The position numbers and the translations under genes are program-made. Positions 29,180 through 38,569 of a DNA stretch of 62,825 bases are shown in pieces; the first letter of the stretch is position 1, and each line of letters begins with the position of its first letter. The stretch comes from Candidatus Omnitrophota bacterium (GTDB lineage: Bacteria > Omnitrophota > Omnitrophia > Omnitrophales > Aquincolibacteriaceae): positions 1 to 62,825 of the forward strand of contig CAISGE010000071.1 of the NCBI GenBank assembly GCA_903884815.1, written 5' to 3'. The notes beneath the pieces were generated by a model. It ran no database searches, was not told where the DNA came from, and saw nothing but the letters and a program-made list of their open reading frames with translations.

Positions 29180-30103
29180 CTAGGACTGTGATTCCAGAAA
29201 ACGAAGCAGGCCCTGCATATCGTCCGGGAGTTCGCTCGTCAGTTGTATCCATTTCTTCGTGCGGGGCTGCTCAAATCCAAGCGTCCGGGCGTGAAGAGCC
29301 TGACGCTTGATCTGCGGAAACGGAACCCCATAAAGCACATCCCCCAACACGGGATGTCCCATAAAGGAAAAATGAACGCGGATCTGATGCGTTCGACCGG
29401 TCTGAGGACGGATCTCCACAAAAGTCGCGTTCGGAAAGCGTTTCAGGACTTTAAAAAAAGTGAGCGCGTCCTTACCCCCCGACGGGCGGATCACCACCTT
29501 CTTGCGGTTCAGAAAAGCACGGCCGACGGGTTCCTCGCAAAACCCTTCATCATGCTGGATCACCCCGCGAACAAAAGCATTATAGACGCGGTCGATCGTA
29601 TGATCCTTGAACTGACGGGCGAGGTGGGCATGCGCATAGTCGTTCTTGGCGACCACCAAAAGTCCTGAGGTGTCCTTGTCGAGACGGTGCACGATCCCGG
29701 GTCGCACCTTGTCTTCGGCATTTCCAAGGCTCTGGACATGAAAAAGCAGGGCGTTGACGAGGGTGTGGTTGGGATTGCCATGGGCCGGATGAACAACCAT
29801 CCCGGCGCGTTTGTTCACGACCAGACAGTCGTTATCCTCATAAACAATATCGATCGGGATCGACTCGGCCGGAAGATCATCCTCCCGGATATCGAGCTTT
29901 TCGACGCGGATCTTTTCGCCTTCCTTGACCCGGTAGTGAGGTGTGACATTTTTTCCGTCCAAGAGCACGGCGCCGTTCTTGATCATCTTTTGAAGATGGG
30001 CGCGAGAATGCTGGTTGGACATCTTGCCCGCGAGAAAGATATCGAGACGCTGCAGGACGTCAGCACCTTCCACCACGACTTCCGTGAAACGGTTTTTGGG
30101 CAT
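29180..30103 (-). CDS. rluD: RluA/RluD-family 23S rRNA pseudouridine synthase
   Basis: S4 domain, NKRAGMVVHP, HRLDKDTSG, TGRTHQIRVH, QALHA. Confidence 0.93.
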   Translation of the reverse strand: MPKNRFTEVVVEGADVLQRLDIFLAGKMSNQHSRAHLQKMIKNGAVLLDGKNVTPHYRVKEGEKIRVEKLDIREDDLPAESIPIDIVYEDNDCLVVNKRAGMVVHPAHGNPNHTLVNALLFHVQSLGNAEDKVRPGIVHRLDKDTSGLLVVAKNDYAHAHLARQFKDHTIDRVYNAFVRGVIQHDEGFCEEPVGRAFLNRKKVVIRPSGGKDALTFFKVLKRFPNATFVEIRPQTGRTHQIRVHFSFMGHPVLGDVLYGVPFPQIKRQALHARTLGFEQPRTKKWIQLTSELPDDMQGLLRFLESQS

Positions 30104-30106
30104 ACG

Positions 30107-30844
30107 CTAATGGACTTTTCGTTTTCGCGACTGGAACACAATAAAAGCCGCGAAGATGATCGCGGCGCTGAGCCACTGATTCCCGGTCAGTCCCTGCCAA
30201 ACCCAACTAGGCTCGCGGAGAAATTCGATCAGATAGCGGCCAAACCCATAAAGAAGAAAATAAAGCAGAGCGATCTCGCCTTCAAAGCGGACCTTTTTCC
30301 GGCGCGCGATCAGAAAAGCGAAAAGAACGAGATCATAAAGCGCCTCATAAAGCTGGGTCGGATGCACCGGGTACGGGAGTTCCGGGAACCGCACGGCCCA
30401 GGGCAGATCACACGCCTTGCCGTAGCAGCATCCGTTCAGAAAACATCCGATCCTGCCAAACGCATGGGTCAGCACGCCATAAGGAATGAGGAAATCCAGG
30501 AGCTTCCAGAAGGGCCACTGCTTTTTACGAGACATCCTCAGGAGGCCCGCAAAAGCCGAGATCGCGCCGCCATAGAAGATCAGCCCACCTTCCCACACAG
30601 CAAAGATCTTGAGGGGCTCCCTGCCATAATAGGAAAGATTCTGGAGAACATAAAAAAGCCGCGCGCCGGCGAATCCCCAGACCAGCACCGTGAAGGCCAT
30701 GTCAAACACGCCGTCACCCGTAGGAAATCCGGTTTTGAGCGCACGCTGCTTCATGAGATGAATAGCCAGAAGCACTCCGAGGGCGATCGACAGTCCGTAG
30801 GAATAGAGATGGAGCGAGCCGAAGGAAAAAAGGATGGGTCTCAT
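30107..30844 (-). CDS. lgt: Prolipoprotein diacylglyceryl transferase
   Basis: GARLFYV, WEGGL.FYGG, GRIGCFLNGCCYG, HPTQLYE, RYLIEFLR. Confidence 0.95.
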   Translation of the reverse strand: MRPILFSFGSLHLYSYGLSIALGVLLAIHLMKQRALKTGFPTGDGVFDMAFTVLVWGFAGARLFYVLQNLSYYGREPLKIFAVWEGGLIFYGGAISAFAGLLRMSRKKQWPFWKLLDFLIPYGVLTHAFGRIGCFLNGCCYGKACDLPWAVRFPELPYPVHPTQLYEALYDLVLFAFLIARRKKVRFEGEIALLYFLLYGFGRYLIEFLREPSWVWQGLTGNQWLSAAIIFAAFIVFQSRKRKVH

Positions 30845-31467
30845 TTTTTGTCCTGGCCTCTGTTTTTTTCTGAAAAAAGGTTGCCAGGACTATCCTGACT
30901 TTTCTTTTCTTTTCCTTTATGGTAGTCAGGATTGCCCCAATTTCCATGCTGTGGAAATTGATTGGCATTGGGACTAGTCCAATTAGCCTTTAAATTTTTT
31001 GATGGAGAATTGGGCTTGTCCTTGGACATCAGAACACGGATAAAGTAAAGGCTGACCCCGATCGTGATCGCGGCATCGGCAATATTAAAGACCGGCCATA
31101 CCCGGAAATCGATAAAATCGATCACAGCGGCAAAGCGCAGCCGGTCGATCCAATTCCCCACCGCCCCTCCCAGAATCAGGCTGAGCGCCCAGCGATCGAC
31201 ATTGGAAGTCCCCGGAGAAGCTTTGGCGTGAGAACGGTTCGTGATCACAAAAAGGAACACGAGGCTGATCGTGATGACCGTAAAAAGTGCCGGCGCGTAG
31301 CCGCTGAAAAGGCCGAACGCGACGCCACGATTGCGAACCAGTGTCAGGTCCAAGACATCCGGGATGACGGAGACTGAAGCTTCGGAAGAAAGGTAGTGAA
31401 GGGCTAAAAACTTAGAAAGCTGGTCCAGAAGAACAAGGGACCCTACGAGACCGTAGAAGAAGATCAC
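30841..31467 (-). CDS. lspA: Lipoprotein signal peptidase II with a C-terminal extension derived from the palindromic element
   Basis: LDQLSK, NRGVAFG, GGAVGNWIDR, VIDF, VFNIAD; about 58 extra C-terminal residues. Confidence 0.95.
   Translation of the reverse strand: MIFFYGLVGSLVLLDQLSKFLALHYLSSEASVSVIPDVLDLTLVRNRGVAFGLFSGYAPALFTVITISLVFLFVITNRSHAKASPGTSNVDRWALSLILGGAVGNWIDRLRFAAVIDFIDFRVWPVFNIADAAITIGVSLYFIRVLMSKDKPNSPSKNLKANWTSPNANQFPQHGNWGNPDYHKGKEKKSQDSPGNLFSEKNRGQDKK
30848..31022. repeat. Palindromic coding repeat element, 4 x 42-bp units, at the 3' end of lspA
   Basis: Consecutive hairpins tcctggc..gccagga / tcctgact..agtcagga / caatttcca..tggaaattg / ccaatt..aattgg, joined by GGACTAGTCC-like junctions. 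Confidence 0.85.
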
Positions 31468-31982
31468 GGACGCGGCTGGTTCTTCTCTTCTTCTTCCTGG
31501 GCCTTCATGGAAAGACGGGTGTAGGGCATGGCCAAAAGGCGTTTCTTCGGGATCTCCGTCCCGTAGATCTCGCAGATGCCATAGGTGCCTTCCTCGATCC
31601 GCTTGAGGGCTACATCAATATCATTCAGGATCTGCTGCTCATTGGAAGCCAGCCCGATATTCAGCTCCCGGTCATAATTGTCCGTCGCCATATCGGCCAC
31701 GTCCGAAAGCTCCGCGGAATTGCCCGGCTGGTTCGCGCTCAGGGAATCCCCCTCGATATGCTGGAGTTCCCCGGCGATCTTTGAGCGAAGAAGAAGCAGC
31801 ATTTTCTTATAAACATCAAGTTCCTTCTTGGGAAGCCTCTGGGCCTTGGGCACCTTAACAGCCTTGGGGGCCTTCAGCGTCTTGACGGATTTCTTGGCTT
31901 TTGCTTTTTTTACGGATTTTTTCAGGGATCTTTTGACCGGTTTTTTAACCGATTTTTTGGAGGATTTCTTCATTTTTTTCAT
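31464..31982 (-). CDS. dksA: DksA/TraR-family RNA polymerase-binding factor, one-cysteine type, with a Lys-rich N-terminus
   Basis: DVADMA coiled-coil tip; IDVALKRIEEGTYGICE..G.EIPKKRL.AMPYTRL. Confidence 0.85.
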   Translation of the reverse strand: MKKMKKSSKKSVKKPVKRSLKKSVKKAKAKKSVKTLKAPKAVKVPKAQRLPKKELDVYKKMLLLLRSKIAGELQHIEGDSLSANQPGNSAELSDVADMATDNYDRELNIGLASNEQQILNDIDVALKRIEEGTYGICEIYGTEIPKKRLLAMPYTRLSMKAQEEEEKNQPRP

Positions 31983-32063
31983 AAATTTTACCCCTGCTTT
32001 CCGTGAAATTGAAGCGCCCCACCGTCGACGGGACCACTTTCATGCTTGAATAATTGAGGCGGC

Positions 32064-32091
32064 ATTATACTGATGCTTCTGCGGAACGCAA
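32064..32091 (-). promoter_or_regulatory. Putative sigma70 promoter for dksA-lspA-lgt-rluD
   Basis: Minus strand TTGCGT-16-TATAAT followed by a GC-rich GCCGCC discriminator. Confidence 0.5.
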
Positions 32092-32120
32092 GCGATAACT
32101 CGACCCAATCCTTGGAGCCC

Positions 32121-33488
32121 TTAGGCTTCCGAGTATTCGTTTAAAACGCTCGGAATCTCCCCTTTTTTCTGCAGTTCCTTCTTGAGTGCCCTCAGAAAAG
32201 CGTCGACCACGACCGGGTCGAACTGGGTCCCGGAACAGTTGCGGACTTCCTGAATGGCCGAGTCTAGCGATCGCCCTTCCCGATAGCAACGAGATGAGAC
32301 GATGGCGTGAAAGCTGTCGACCACGGCGATAATGCGGGCCTCGATCGAAATCTCGTCACCCTTGAGCCCTCGAGGATAACCCGATCCATCAAACCGCTCA
32401 TGATGCGCCATGATGATCTCCCGAACTCTTTTAAAATCCGTGAGCGGCTCGAGGATCCGTGCGCCCTTTTCGACATGAGTCTTCATGACCTTCCATTCTT
32501 CCTGGGTCAGCTGGCCCGGCTTGCAAAGGATGTTATCAGGGATTCCGATCTTTCCAACATCATGAAGGATCAGCGCCGCGGAAAGGAGATCCTTGGTATT
32601 TCCGGAAAGGTCGATCCCCATCTCCCGGGCCGTCATCATCCCGAGTCGCTCCACTTCCGAAACATGTCCGAAGATATTGGGCTCCTTGGCGTGAACTTCT
32701 TCGGCCAAAGAACGCATGATCTCATAATAGGTCTTCTGCTCCTTACTACGCATCCGTTCAATCTCCTGAAGCCGCCGCTCGAGCTCATGATTCTGTTCAA
32801 TCAGATTCTGGTTGTGCTCCGCGGTTTTGACGGCCATCGAACAATCGTGCGCCAGCGTCTGGAAAAAAGTCACCTCCTGGGTGGTGAAGCAGCGACCGTT
32901 CACGCGCCTCCCCAACATCAGAAGGCCCACGAGCGTATCCTTGAAATAGCCGGGAACCAGCAGTTCCACCTTGAGATTCTGCATCGTTTTCTGGATCGCG
33001 AGGAGATGGTCGCCCTTGGAATTCGAGGCCATGCGGAATTCCGCGCGGGAGAGCATTTTTTTCACATCGGAGAGGAAAAGAAAGTCCTTCTGGATCGGAA
33101 GTTTTTTCTGAGATCCGGCAAACCACTGAACGACGGGGTGATTCGTGTCGAACTTCACGAGGCCCACGGGAAGACGCTTGGCCCCCTTGGAATTCACGAA
33201 CACATAACATCCCTTTTTGGGATCGAGAACAAGAAGCGAGGCGTGCGTCAGTCCGAACTGGCGGTCAATGAAACGGATGATCAGCTTGAGCAGACGGTCC
33301 GGCCTTTTGAGTCGAACCATACTCCGGGCGACATCCCGGAGCACTTCCTGATAATCAAACTTAGGGACAGTCAAAAGATCCACTTTTTTGGGCATAGCGG
33401 GCATTCCCCGGAAAACCGGGTCACTTTCTAGGGCTGCGTTCCTTTTAATTTTAAGGATTCGCAGCGCTGTACCGTCCAAACTTTTCAT
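32121..33488 (-). CDS. GAF-like + HD-GYP cyclic-dinucleotide phosphodiesterase
   Basis: LHDVGKIGIPDNILCKPG, HHERFDGSGYPRGLKG, ARIIAVVDSF, SGTQFDP. Confidence 0.9.
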   Translation of the reverse strand: MKSLDGTALRILKIKRNAALESDPVFRGMPAMPKKVDLLTVPKFDYQEVLRDVARSMVRLKRPDRLLKLIIRFIDRQFGLTHASLLVLDPKKGCYVFVNSKGAKRLPVGLVKFDTNHPVVQWFAGSQKKLPIQKDFLFLSDVKKMLSRAEFRMASNSKGDHLLAIQKTMQNLKVELLVPGYFKDTLVGLLMLGRRVNGRCFTTQEVTFFQTLAHDCSMAVKTAEHNQNLIEQNHELERRLQEIERMRSKEQKTYYEIMRSLAEEVHAKEPNIFGHVSEVERLGMMTAREMGIDLSGNTKDLLSAALILHDVGKIGIPDNILCKPGQLTQEEWKVMKTHVEKGARILEPLTDFKRVREIIMAHHERFDGSGYPRGLKGDEISIEARIIAVVDSFHAIVSSRCYREGRSLDSAIQEVRNCSGTQFDPVVVDAFLRALKKELQKKGEIPSVLNEYSEA

Positions 33489-33515
33489 TTTTTAAAAATG
33501 GTAGTTTTGACGACC

Positions 33516-33621
33516 CCAATCTCAGCTCCGCTGAGATTGATAGGTATTGGGACCGTTAACCCGTAAAATTAAAAGTTAACGGTGCTGGAACCTCACCGCG
33601 CGAGCGGCGAGAACTCCGGCA
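33516..33621 (-). promoter_or_regulatory. Structured intergenic leader with three hairpins upstream of the HD-GYP gene
   Basis: caatctcagc-tcc-gctgagattg; accgttaac-N14-gttaacggt; ctcaccgc-gcga-gcggcgag. Confidence 0.5.
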
Positions 33622-33999
33622 TTAAGATATCTTGGCGAGCGAGTCGATCTTGTCCTGGACGTCCTTCTCAAGATACTCAAGGCTGAGCGGCTTGGTGATG
33701 TAATTGTCCGCCCCGAGACGCATCGCTTCTTCGATCTTTTCCTGGGTCTCCACGGCAGTGACCATGATGACCTTCAATTTGGGATGGGTGTCCTTCATCT
33801 TCTTGAGCGTCTGAAGTCCATCCATTCCCGGCATTTGAATGTCCAGAAGAACAACATCGGGCTGAAAACGTTCCACCTGCTCCAGCGCCGCGATCCCGTT
33901 ATGCGCTGTCGCGACCTTGAAATCGCGATCTTCAAAAAAAGATTTCAAAAACTCACAGATCTCCGCCTCATCATCTACGATCAACAATTTCTTTATCAT
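33622..33999 (-). CDS. Stand-alone response regulator receiver
   Basis: LIVDDE, LLDIQMPGMDG, MVTA, YITKP. Confidence 0.95.
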   Translation of the reverse strand: MIKKLLIVDDEAEICEFLKSFFEDRDFKVATAHNGIAALEQVERFQPDVVLLDIQMPGMDGLQTLKKMKDTHPKLKVIMVTAVETQEKIEEAMRLGADNYITKPLSLEYLEKDVQDKIDSLAKIS

Positions 34000-34054
34000 C
34001 GAATAATCCTCCTGGGTGAATGCATTTCGCCATCAAGTGAACGATTCCGAAAAT

Positions 34055-35611
34055 TTATTGCCCGCCTCTTCCGCTAACCCCCTCCACCACGCGCTTCTCC
34101 GCTTCCCCACTCCTCGCCGTTTCCGGCGAGCACGGCAGTTGGAGGGTGAACAAACTGCCGATCCCTACCTGGCTTTCAACCCGGATCGAGCCACCGTAAC
34201 GGTGCGTGATCTGCTGAGTCACGAAGAGCCCCAACCCCACCGCCTCGTGCCTCGTCGTATAGAACGGGTTGAAGACCTTGTCCAGATGATCCGCCGGAAT
34301 CCCCTTGCCCGTATCCGAGCACGTGATCTCAAGGAGCCCTTCCTCACGGAGGTACTTCATTTCCACCACGATTTTTCCTTCCGAGCCCACCGCCTCTACC
34401 GCGTTCAAAAGCAGATTGAGGAAGATCTCCCGGATCTCCTGGATATTCGCATGATAACGCGGAAGCTCCGGATCCAGATTCCTCGTGATCTCGATCTTGT
34501 CAAGGGACGCCTGATACGCCAAAAGCGCGAGCGTCTCATCCAACACTTTTTCGAGAGAAACCCACTCCTGGGGCCCACGGGAGCCCTGAGAATACAGGAG
34601 AAGTTTCCTTGTAATATCGGCCGCCCTTCGCGTTTGCTTCACTATCGTATTGAGGGCCTCCTGAACGTTCGGCTCAAGCTGTTTCGGCCCCTTCTGCATG
34701 AGGAGGACCTGCGCCTTCCCGGAAATGATCGCCAGAGGATTATGGATCTCGTGCGCGATCCCCGCGGCGAGCTTCTCGATCGCGTTCAGTTTGGTCTTCT
34801 GAACCCACTGGGACTGGGAGTCCTGGAGCTCAAAATTCAGCTGCCTCAAACGTTTCACGACCAGGGCATTATGCAGGCAGGGACCGATCACGGCCGCGAA
34901 CTCCCGGAAAAAATGGAAATCGCTTTGATCAAAAACGGTGTCCGGCACGAGCGCTCCGAACGCAAGGATCCCCTCCAGCTCCCCTTTGACAAAAAGCGGG
35001 ATCACCCAGCCCGCCTGCAAAGCATCAAGGTCACAGGCCAAAGCGTTGGCCTCCTGCCAGGAGAGACTTTGGAGAACGGGTCCGCGCATCAAAATGTGCG
35101 GCCCGGTCTGATGGATCATTTTAAGAAGCGGCGTGTCGACCGCGAGCCGGATCTTTTTGGACGCCGAGATCCTCCATCCATAGGCGGAAGCGACCTCAAA
35201 ATTATTCTGTAGCGGATCCGGAACAAGCAACGCCACCGTCTTCAGATGCAGGACTTCCCCAAAGGTGTTCACCACCAGATTCGCGATCTCCTGAAGATCG
35301 AGATTGACCGCCAAGTCGCCCGCCAGGTCCATCAGTGTCATTTGCGCGTAGGTTTTTTTATGGAAGAAATACTTTTCGAGGAGCTTCTTGATCAGGCGTT
35401 CGATAGCCTTATGGGCCACCACAAAGATCAGGGTCATCACAAAGATCGGAAGCAACGGGTGGTGAACCCAGGCCGACGCCCCGGAGGCCGGGACCAGGAG
35501 CGGAAGGAAATAAGCGGCCAAAGCCCCCAGAAAGAAAAGAACGAGAGCGACAAGGCTCTTTTTGAGAAGCGTTTTCGGAGTTCTCACGTGAGAAAACGCG
35601 GTTTTTTTCAA
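34055..35611 (-). CDS. Membrane sensor histidine kinase with GAF-like domain (NtrB-type kinase core)
   Basis: Two TMs; AHEIHNPL H-box, NLLLNAVEA, DTGKGI, FNPFYTT, GLGL. Start moved to TTG 35611 to avoid overlap with ileS. Confidence 0.9.
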   Translation of the reverse strand: MKKTAFSHVRTPKTLLKKSLVALVLFFLGALAAYFLPLLVPASGASAWVHHPLLPIFVMTLIFVVAHKAIERLIKKLLEKYFFHKKTYAQMTLMDLAGDLAVNLDLQEIANLVVNTFGEVLHLKTVALLVPDPLQNNFEVASAYGWRISASKKIRLAVDTPLLKMIHQTGPHILMRGPVLQSLSWQEANALACDLDALQAGWVIPLFVKGELEGILAFGALVPDTVFDQSDFHFFREFAAVIGPCLHNALVVKRLRQLNFELQDSQSQWVQKTKLNAIEKLAAGIAHEIHNPLAIISGKAQVLLMQKGPKQLEPNVQEALNTIVKQTRRAADITRKLLLYSQGSRGPQEWVSLEKVLDETLALLAYQASLDKIEITRNLDPELPRYHANIQEIREIFLNLLLNAVEAVGSEGKIVVEMKYLREEGLLEITCSDTGKGIPADHLDKVFNPFYTTRHEAVGLGLFVTQQITHRYGGSIRVESQVGIGSLFTLQLPCSPETARSGEAEKRVVEGVSGRGGQ

Positions 35612-35630
35612 AATAGAAAGTTTCCTTTTT

Positions 35631-38465
35631 TTAAACGCCTGTCGCCTTGACGGCCTCGGTACATTTGGGACAGAGAGACGCGTGCTCGGAATTTCCGCCA
35701 AGAGAGGCTGAATAATTCCAGCAACGGACGCATTTGCCACCGTCGGCCTTGGTGACAAGAACCCTCAGTCCGAGTTTCCTCTGGAGGACGGCGGAAAGAC
35801 CTTCTGCGGTCTCCATACCCTCCAGGGCCTTCTTTTCCAGAACAACCTGGGACACGACAAAAACGCGAGCGAGTTCTTTTTCATATCTACCTAGTATTTC
35901 GGCTGATCCGGGATCTTCTGCAGTCAGGAACACCTTCGCCTCAAGCCCCGCCCCGATCGCCCCGGCCTCTCGCTTCTTTTCAAGGAAAGGCGTGACCGCG
36001 TTGCGAACTTCCCGGAGATATTCCCAATCCCGGAACTCTTCACCGGCTTGCTTGCCGTGCGAGACCGGCCAGGCACTCGCGTGAACAGTGAAAACGCCCT
36101 TTTCAAGTTCATAGGATTTCCAGACCTCGTCGGCAGTAAAGGGCAAAATCGGCGCAAGGATCTTCACCAAACGCGAGAGAATCCCGAAAAGCGCAGTCTG
36201 GGCCGAGCGGCGCAGCCAGGCATCGGGAGCCGCAGTATAAAGCGTATCCTTCAGAGCATCCAGATAGTAAGAGCTTAGATCTGCCACGCAGAAGTCGTAG
36301 ACCTCGCGGTAAATCTCATGGAATTCGAAGCGCTCATAAAGGTCGGTGACAGCCGCGACCAACCGATCGACCCGGGCCAGGGCCCAGCGATCGAGGGGGT
36401 GCAGCTTGTCATGAGGCACCGCATGCTTCGCGACATCGAAATCATAAAGGTTCGACAAAAGATAACGGAACGTATTCCGGATCTTGCGGTAGGTATCCAC
36501 CAACTGCTTCAGGATCTCATTGGACAGCCGGACATCGAACTGATAATCGCAGGAAGTGACCCAGAGGCGCAACACGTCCGCACCGAATTCTTTCATGACA
36601 TCCTGAGGCGTCACAACATTGCCCGCGGATTTCGACATCTTCTTCCCCTGCCCGTCCATCACGAACCCGTGCGTCAGAACGCTTTTAAACGGACTTTGAT
36701 CTTCCAACGCTATCGAAGTCGTCAGCGAACTCTGGAACCATCCGCGATGCTGGTCAGAACCTTCTAGATAAAGATCGGCGGGATACTTGAGCCCCGGATG
36801 GCGGCGCAACACCGCTTGGTGGCTCACGCCCGAATCAAACCAGACGTCAATAATATCGGTCTCTTTTTCGAACTCGCCCTGATGACATTTCGGGCATTTC
36901 AGCTCCGCGGGAAGAAAGGCTTCCGCGGGATGCGCGAACCAGGCGTCCGCGCCTTCTTTCTCAAAAAATTCGAGGATTTTCGCCTTGGATTCCTTGACGA
37001 AATGAACGCCGGTACAATGCTTGCAGCGGATGACCGGAATCGGAACGCCCCAATACCTCTGGCGAGACAAACACCACTCCGGCCGTGTCTCCACCATCGC
37101 ACCGATGCGCTTCTTGCCCCAATCCGGGATGAACTGAATGTTCTTGTCGATGGCCCCCTGCATGCGTTTGCGGAGATCCTTGTGATCGATCTTCATGAAC
37201 CACTGCGTCGTCGCGCGGAAAAGGATCGGTTTTTTGCAGCGCCAGCAATGCGGGTAGCTGTGCGGATGATCCTCCTCTTTAAGGAGAAGTCCCTTTTCAT
37301 TTAAAAGCGCGGTGATCTTCGGATTGGCCTTAAAGGCATGTTCTCCCTGGCAAAGGGGAAATTCTGCCGTGAATTTCCCGCGATGATCGACCGGCGAGAG
37401 GATCGGCAGTCCGTTGGCGAGATGCCCATACTTGTAGTCGTCTTCCCCGTGCCCCGGTGCGATATGAACGATCCCGGTACCGTCCTCGCTGGAAACATAA
37501 TCCGCCGTGATAACTTTCCCCTTCCGGTCCAGGAACGGATGCTGATACTCAAGTCCTTCGAGTACCTGCCCGGACTCGGATTGAATGAGGCTGAACCCCG
37601 CGAGATCGATCTTTTCTTTGAGCTTGGGCTCAAGCGCTTTCGCGAAGAGATAGACCTCAAGACCTTTCTGAAACGCCCCGTATTCGAGTTCAGGATGTAC
37701 CGCCGCGCCGACGTTGGCGGGCAGGGTCCACGGCGTGGTGGTCCACACCAGAAGAGAGACCGAACTCCCAGCCGGCAATTTGAAAACTTTTTCGGCGGCG
37801 AGCACCGGGAATTTGACAAAGATCGATTTAGAGACCTTGTCCTCATACTCCAGTTCCGCCTCCGCGAGCGCCGTATCACAATCAAAGCACCAGGGCACCG
37901 GTTTCAGCCGCTGCTCGATAAAACCATCCTCATAAAGCTTGATAAAAGACGCCGCGATCGTCGTCTGATACTCGTAGTTCATCGTCAGATAAGGCTTTTC
38001 CCATTCCCCGAATATCCCGAGCCGCTTAAAGCCTTCTCGCTGCGTCCCCACGAACCTTTCGGCGTACTTGCGCGCCTGCTGGCGAAACTCCACCCGGTCC
38101 ACCTCCTCTTTGCGTTTCCCCATCTCCTTCAGGCAGGCGTGCTCGATGGGAAGACCGTGGCAATCCCAACCCGGCACGTAAAGCGCATCGTGGCCCCGCA
38201 TAGTCTGGTATTTCACGATGAGGTCTTTGAGGACCTTGTTAAGGGCATGCCCGATATGGATGTGTCCATTCGCGTAAGGGGGCCCGTCATGGAGCACATA
38301 TTTGGGCTTCCCCGCCGACTTCGCGCGTATGGCGAGGTACACCCCGTCCGCTTCCCAGGATTTGAGCATCTCCGGCTCACGCTGAGCCAGATTCGCTTTC
38401 ATGGGAAAGCTTGTCTGCGGTAGATTGAGCGTGTCTTTATAATTTTTAGGTTCAGTCATATTCAT
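35631..38465 (-). CDS. ileS: Isoleucine--tRNA ligase
   Basis: [47 protein letters not shown]-terminal CVRCW...CPKC. Confidence 0.98.
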   Translation of the reverse strand: MNMTEPKNYKDTLNLPQTSFPMKANLAQREPEMLKSWEADGVYLAIRAKSAGKPKYVLHDGPPYANGHIHIGHALNKVLKDLIVKYQTMRGHDALYVPGWDCHGLPIEHACLKEMGKRKEEVDRVEFRQQARKYAERFVGTQREGFKRLGIFGEWEKPYLTMNYEYQTTIAASFIKLYEDGFIEQRLKPVPWCFDCDTALAEAELEYEDKVSKSIFVKFPVLAAEKVFKLPAGSSVSLLVWTTTPWTLPANVGAAVHPELEYGAFQKGLEVYLFAKALEPKLKEKIDLAGFSLIQSESGQVLEGLEYQHPFLDRKGKVITADYVSSEDGTGIVHIAPGHGEDDYKYGHLANGLPILSPVDHRGKFTAEFPLCQGEHAFKANPKITALLNEKGLLLKEEDHPHSYPHCWRCKKPILFRATTQWFMKIDHKDLRKRMQGAIDKNIQFIPDWGKKRIGAMVETRPEWCLSRQRYWGVPIPVIRCKHCTGVHFVKESKAKILEFFEKEGADAWFAHPAEAFLPAELKCPKCHQGEFEKETDIIDVWFDSGVSHQAVLRRHPGLKYPADLYLEGSDQHRGWFQSSLTTSIALEDQSPFKSVLTHGFVMDGQGKKMSKSAGNVVTPQDVMKEFGADVLRLWVTSCDYQFDVRLSNEILKQLVDTYRKIRNTFRYLLSNLYDFDVAKHAVPHDKLHPLDRWALARVDRLVAAVTDLYERFEFHEIYREVYDFCVADLSSYYLDALKDTLYTAAPDAWLRRSAQTALFGILSRLVKILAPILPFTADEVWKSYELEKGVFTVHASAWPVSHGKQAGEEFRDWEYLREVRNAVTPFLEKKREAGAIGAGLEAKVFLTAEDPGSAEILGRYEKELARVFVVSQVVLEKKALEGMETAEGLSAVLQRKLGLRVLVTKADGGKCVRCWNYSASLGGNSEHASLCPKCTEAVKATGV

Positions 38466-38473
38466 TAGTATGT

Positions 38474-38564
38474 CGTAAGGTGTACGGCGTAAGGTGTAAA
38501 AACCGAAGCTTGAACCGAAGCCTTGGATTTTTGAGCTCCGTACTCCGTACTCCGTACGCCTTAC
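38474..38564. repeat. Heptamer-repeat inverted element between punA and ileS
   Basis: cgtaagg-tgtacgg-cgtaagg-tgta ... ctccgta-ctccgta-ctccgta-cgcctta; the two arms are complementary. Confidence 0.7.
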
Positions 38565-38569
38565 TCATT

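Noticed and set aside
29687-30898. Long plus-strand ORFs (403 aa here; also 32307..33431, 34016..35212, 37338..38423, 45467..46627 and many within the giant gene)
   Set aside because: Antisense shadows of well-supported minus-strand genes, with no recognisable motifs.
30848-31022. Possible mini-CRISPR (regular 42-bp period)
   Set aside because: The conserved junction is only about 10 bp, the units are self-complementary and protein-coding, and there are no cas genes.
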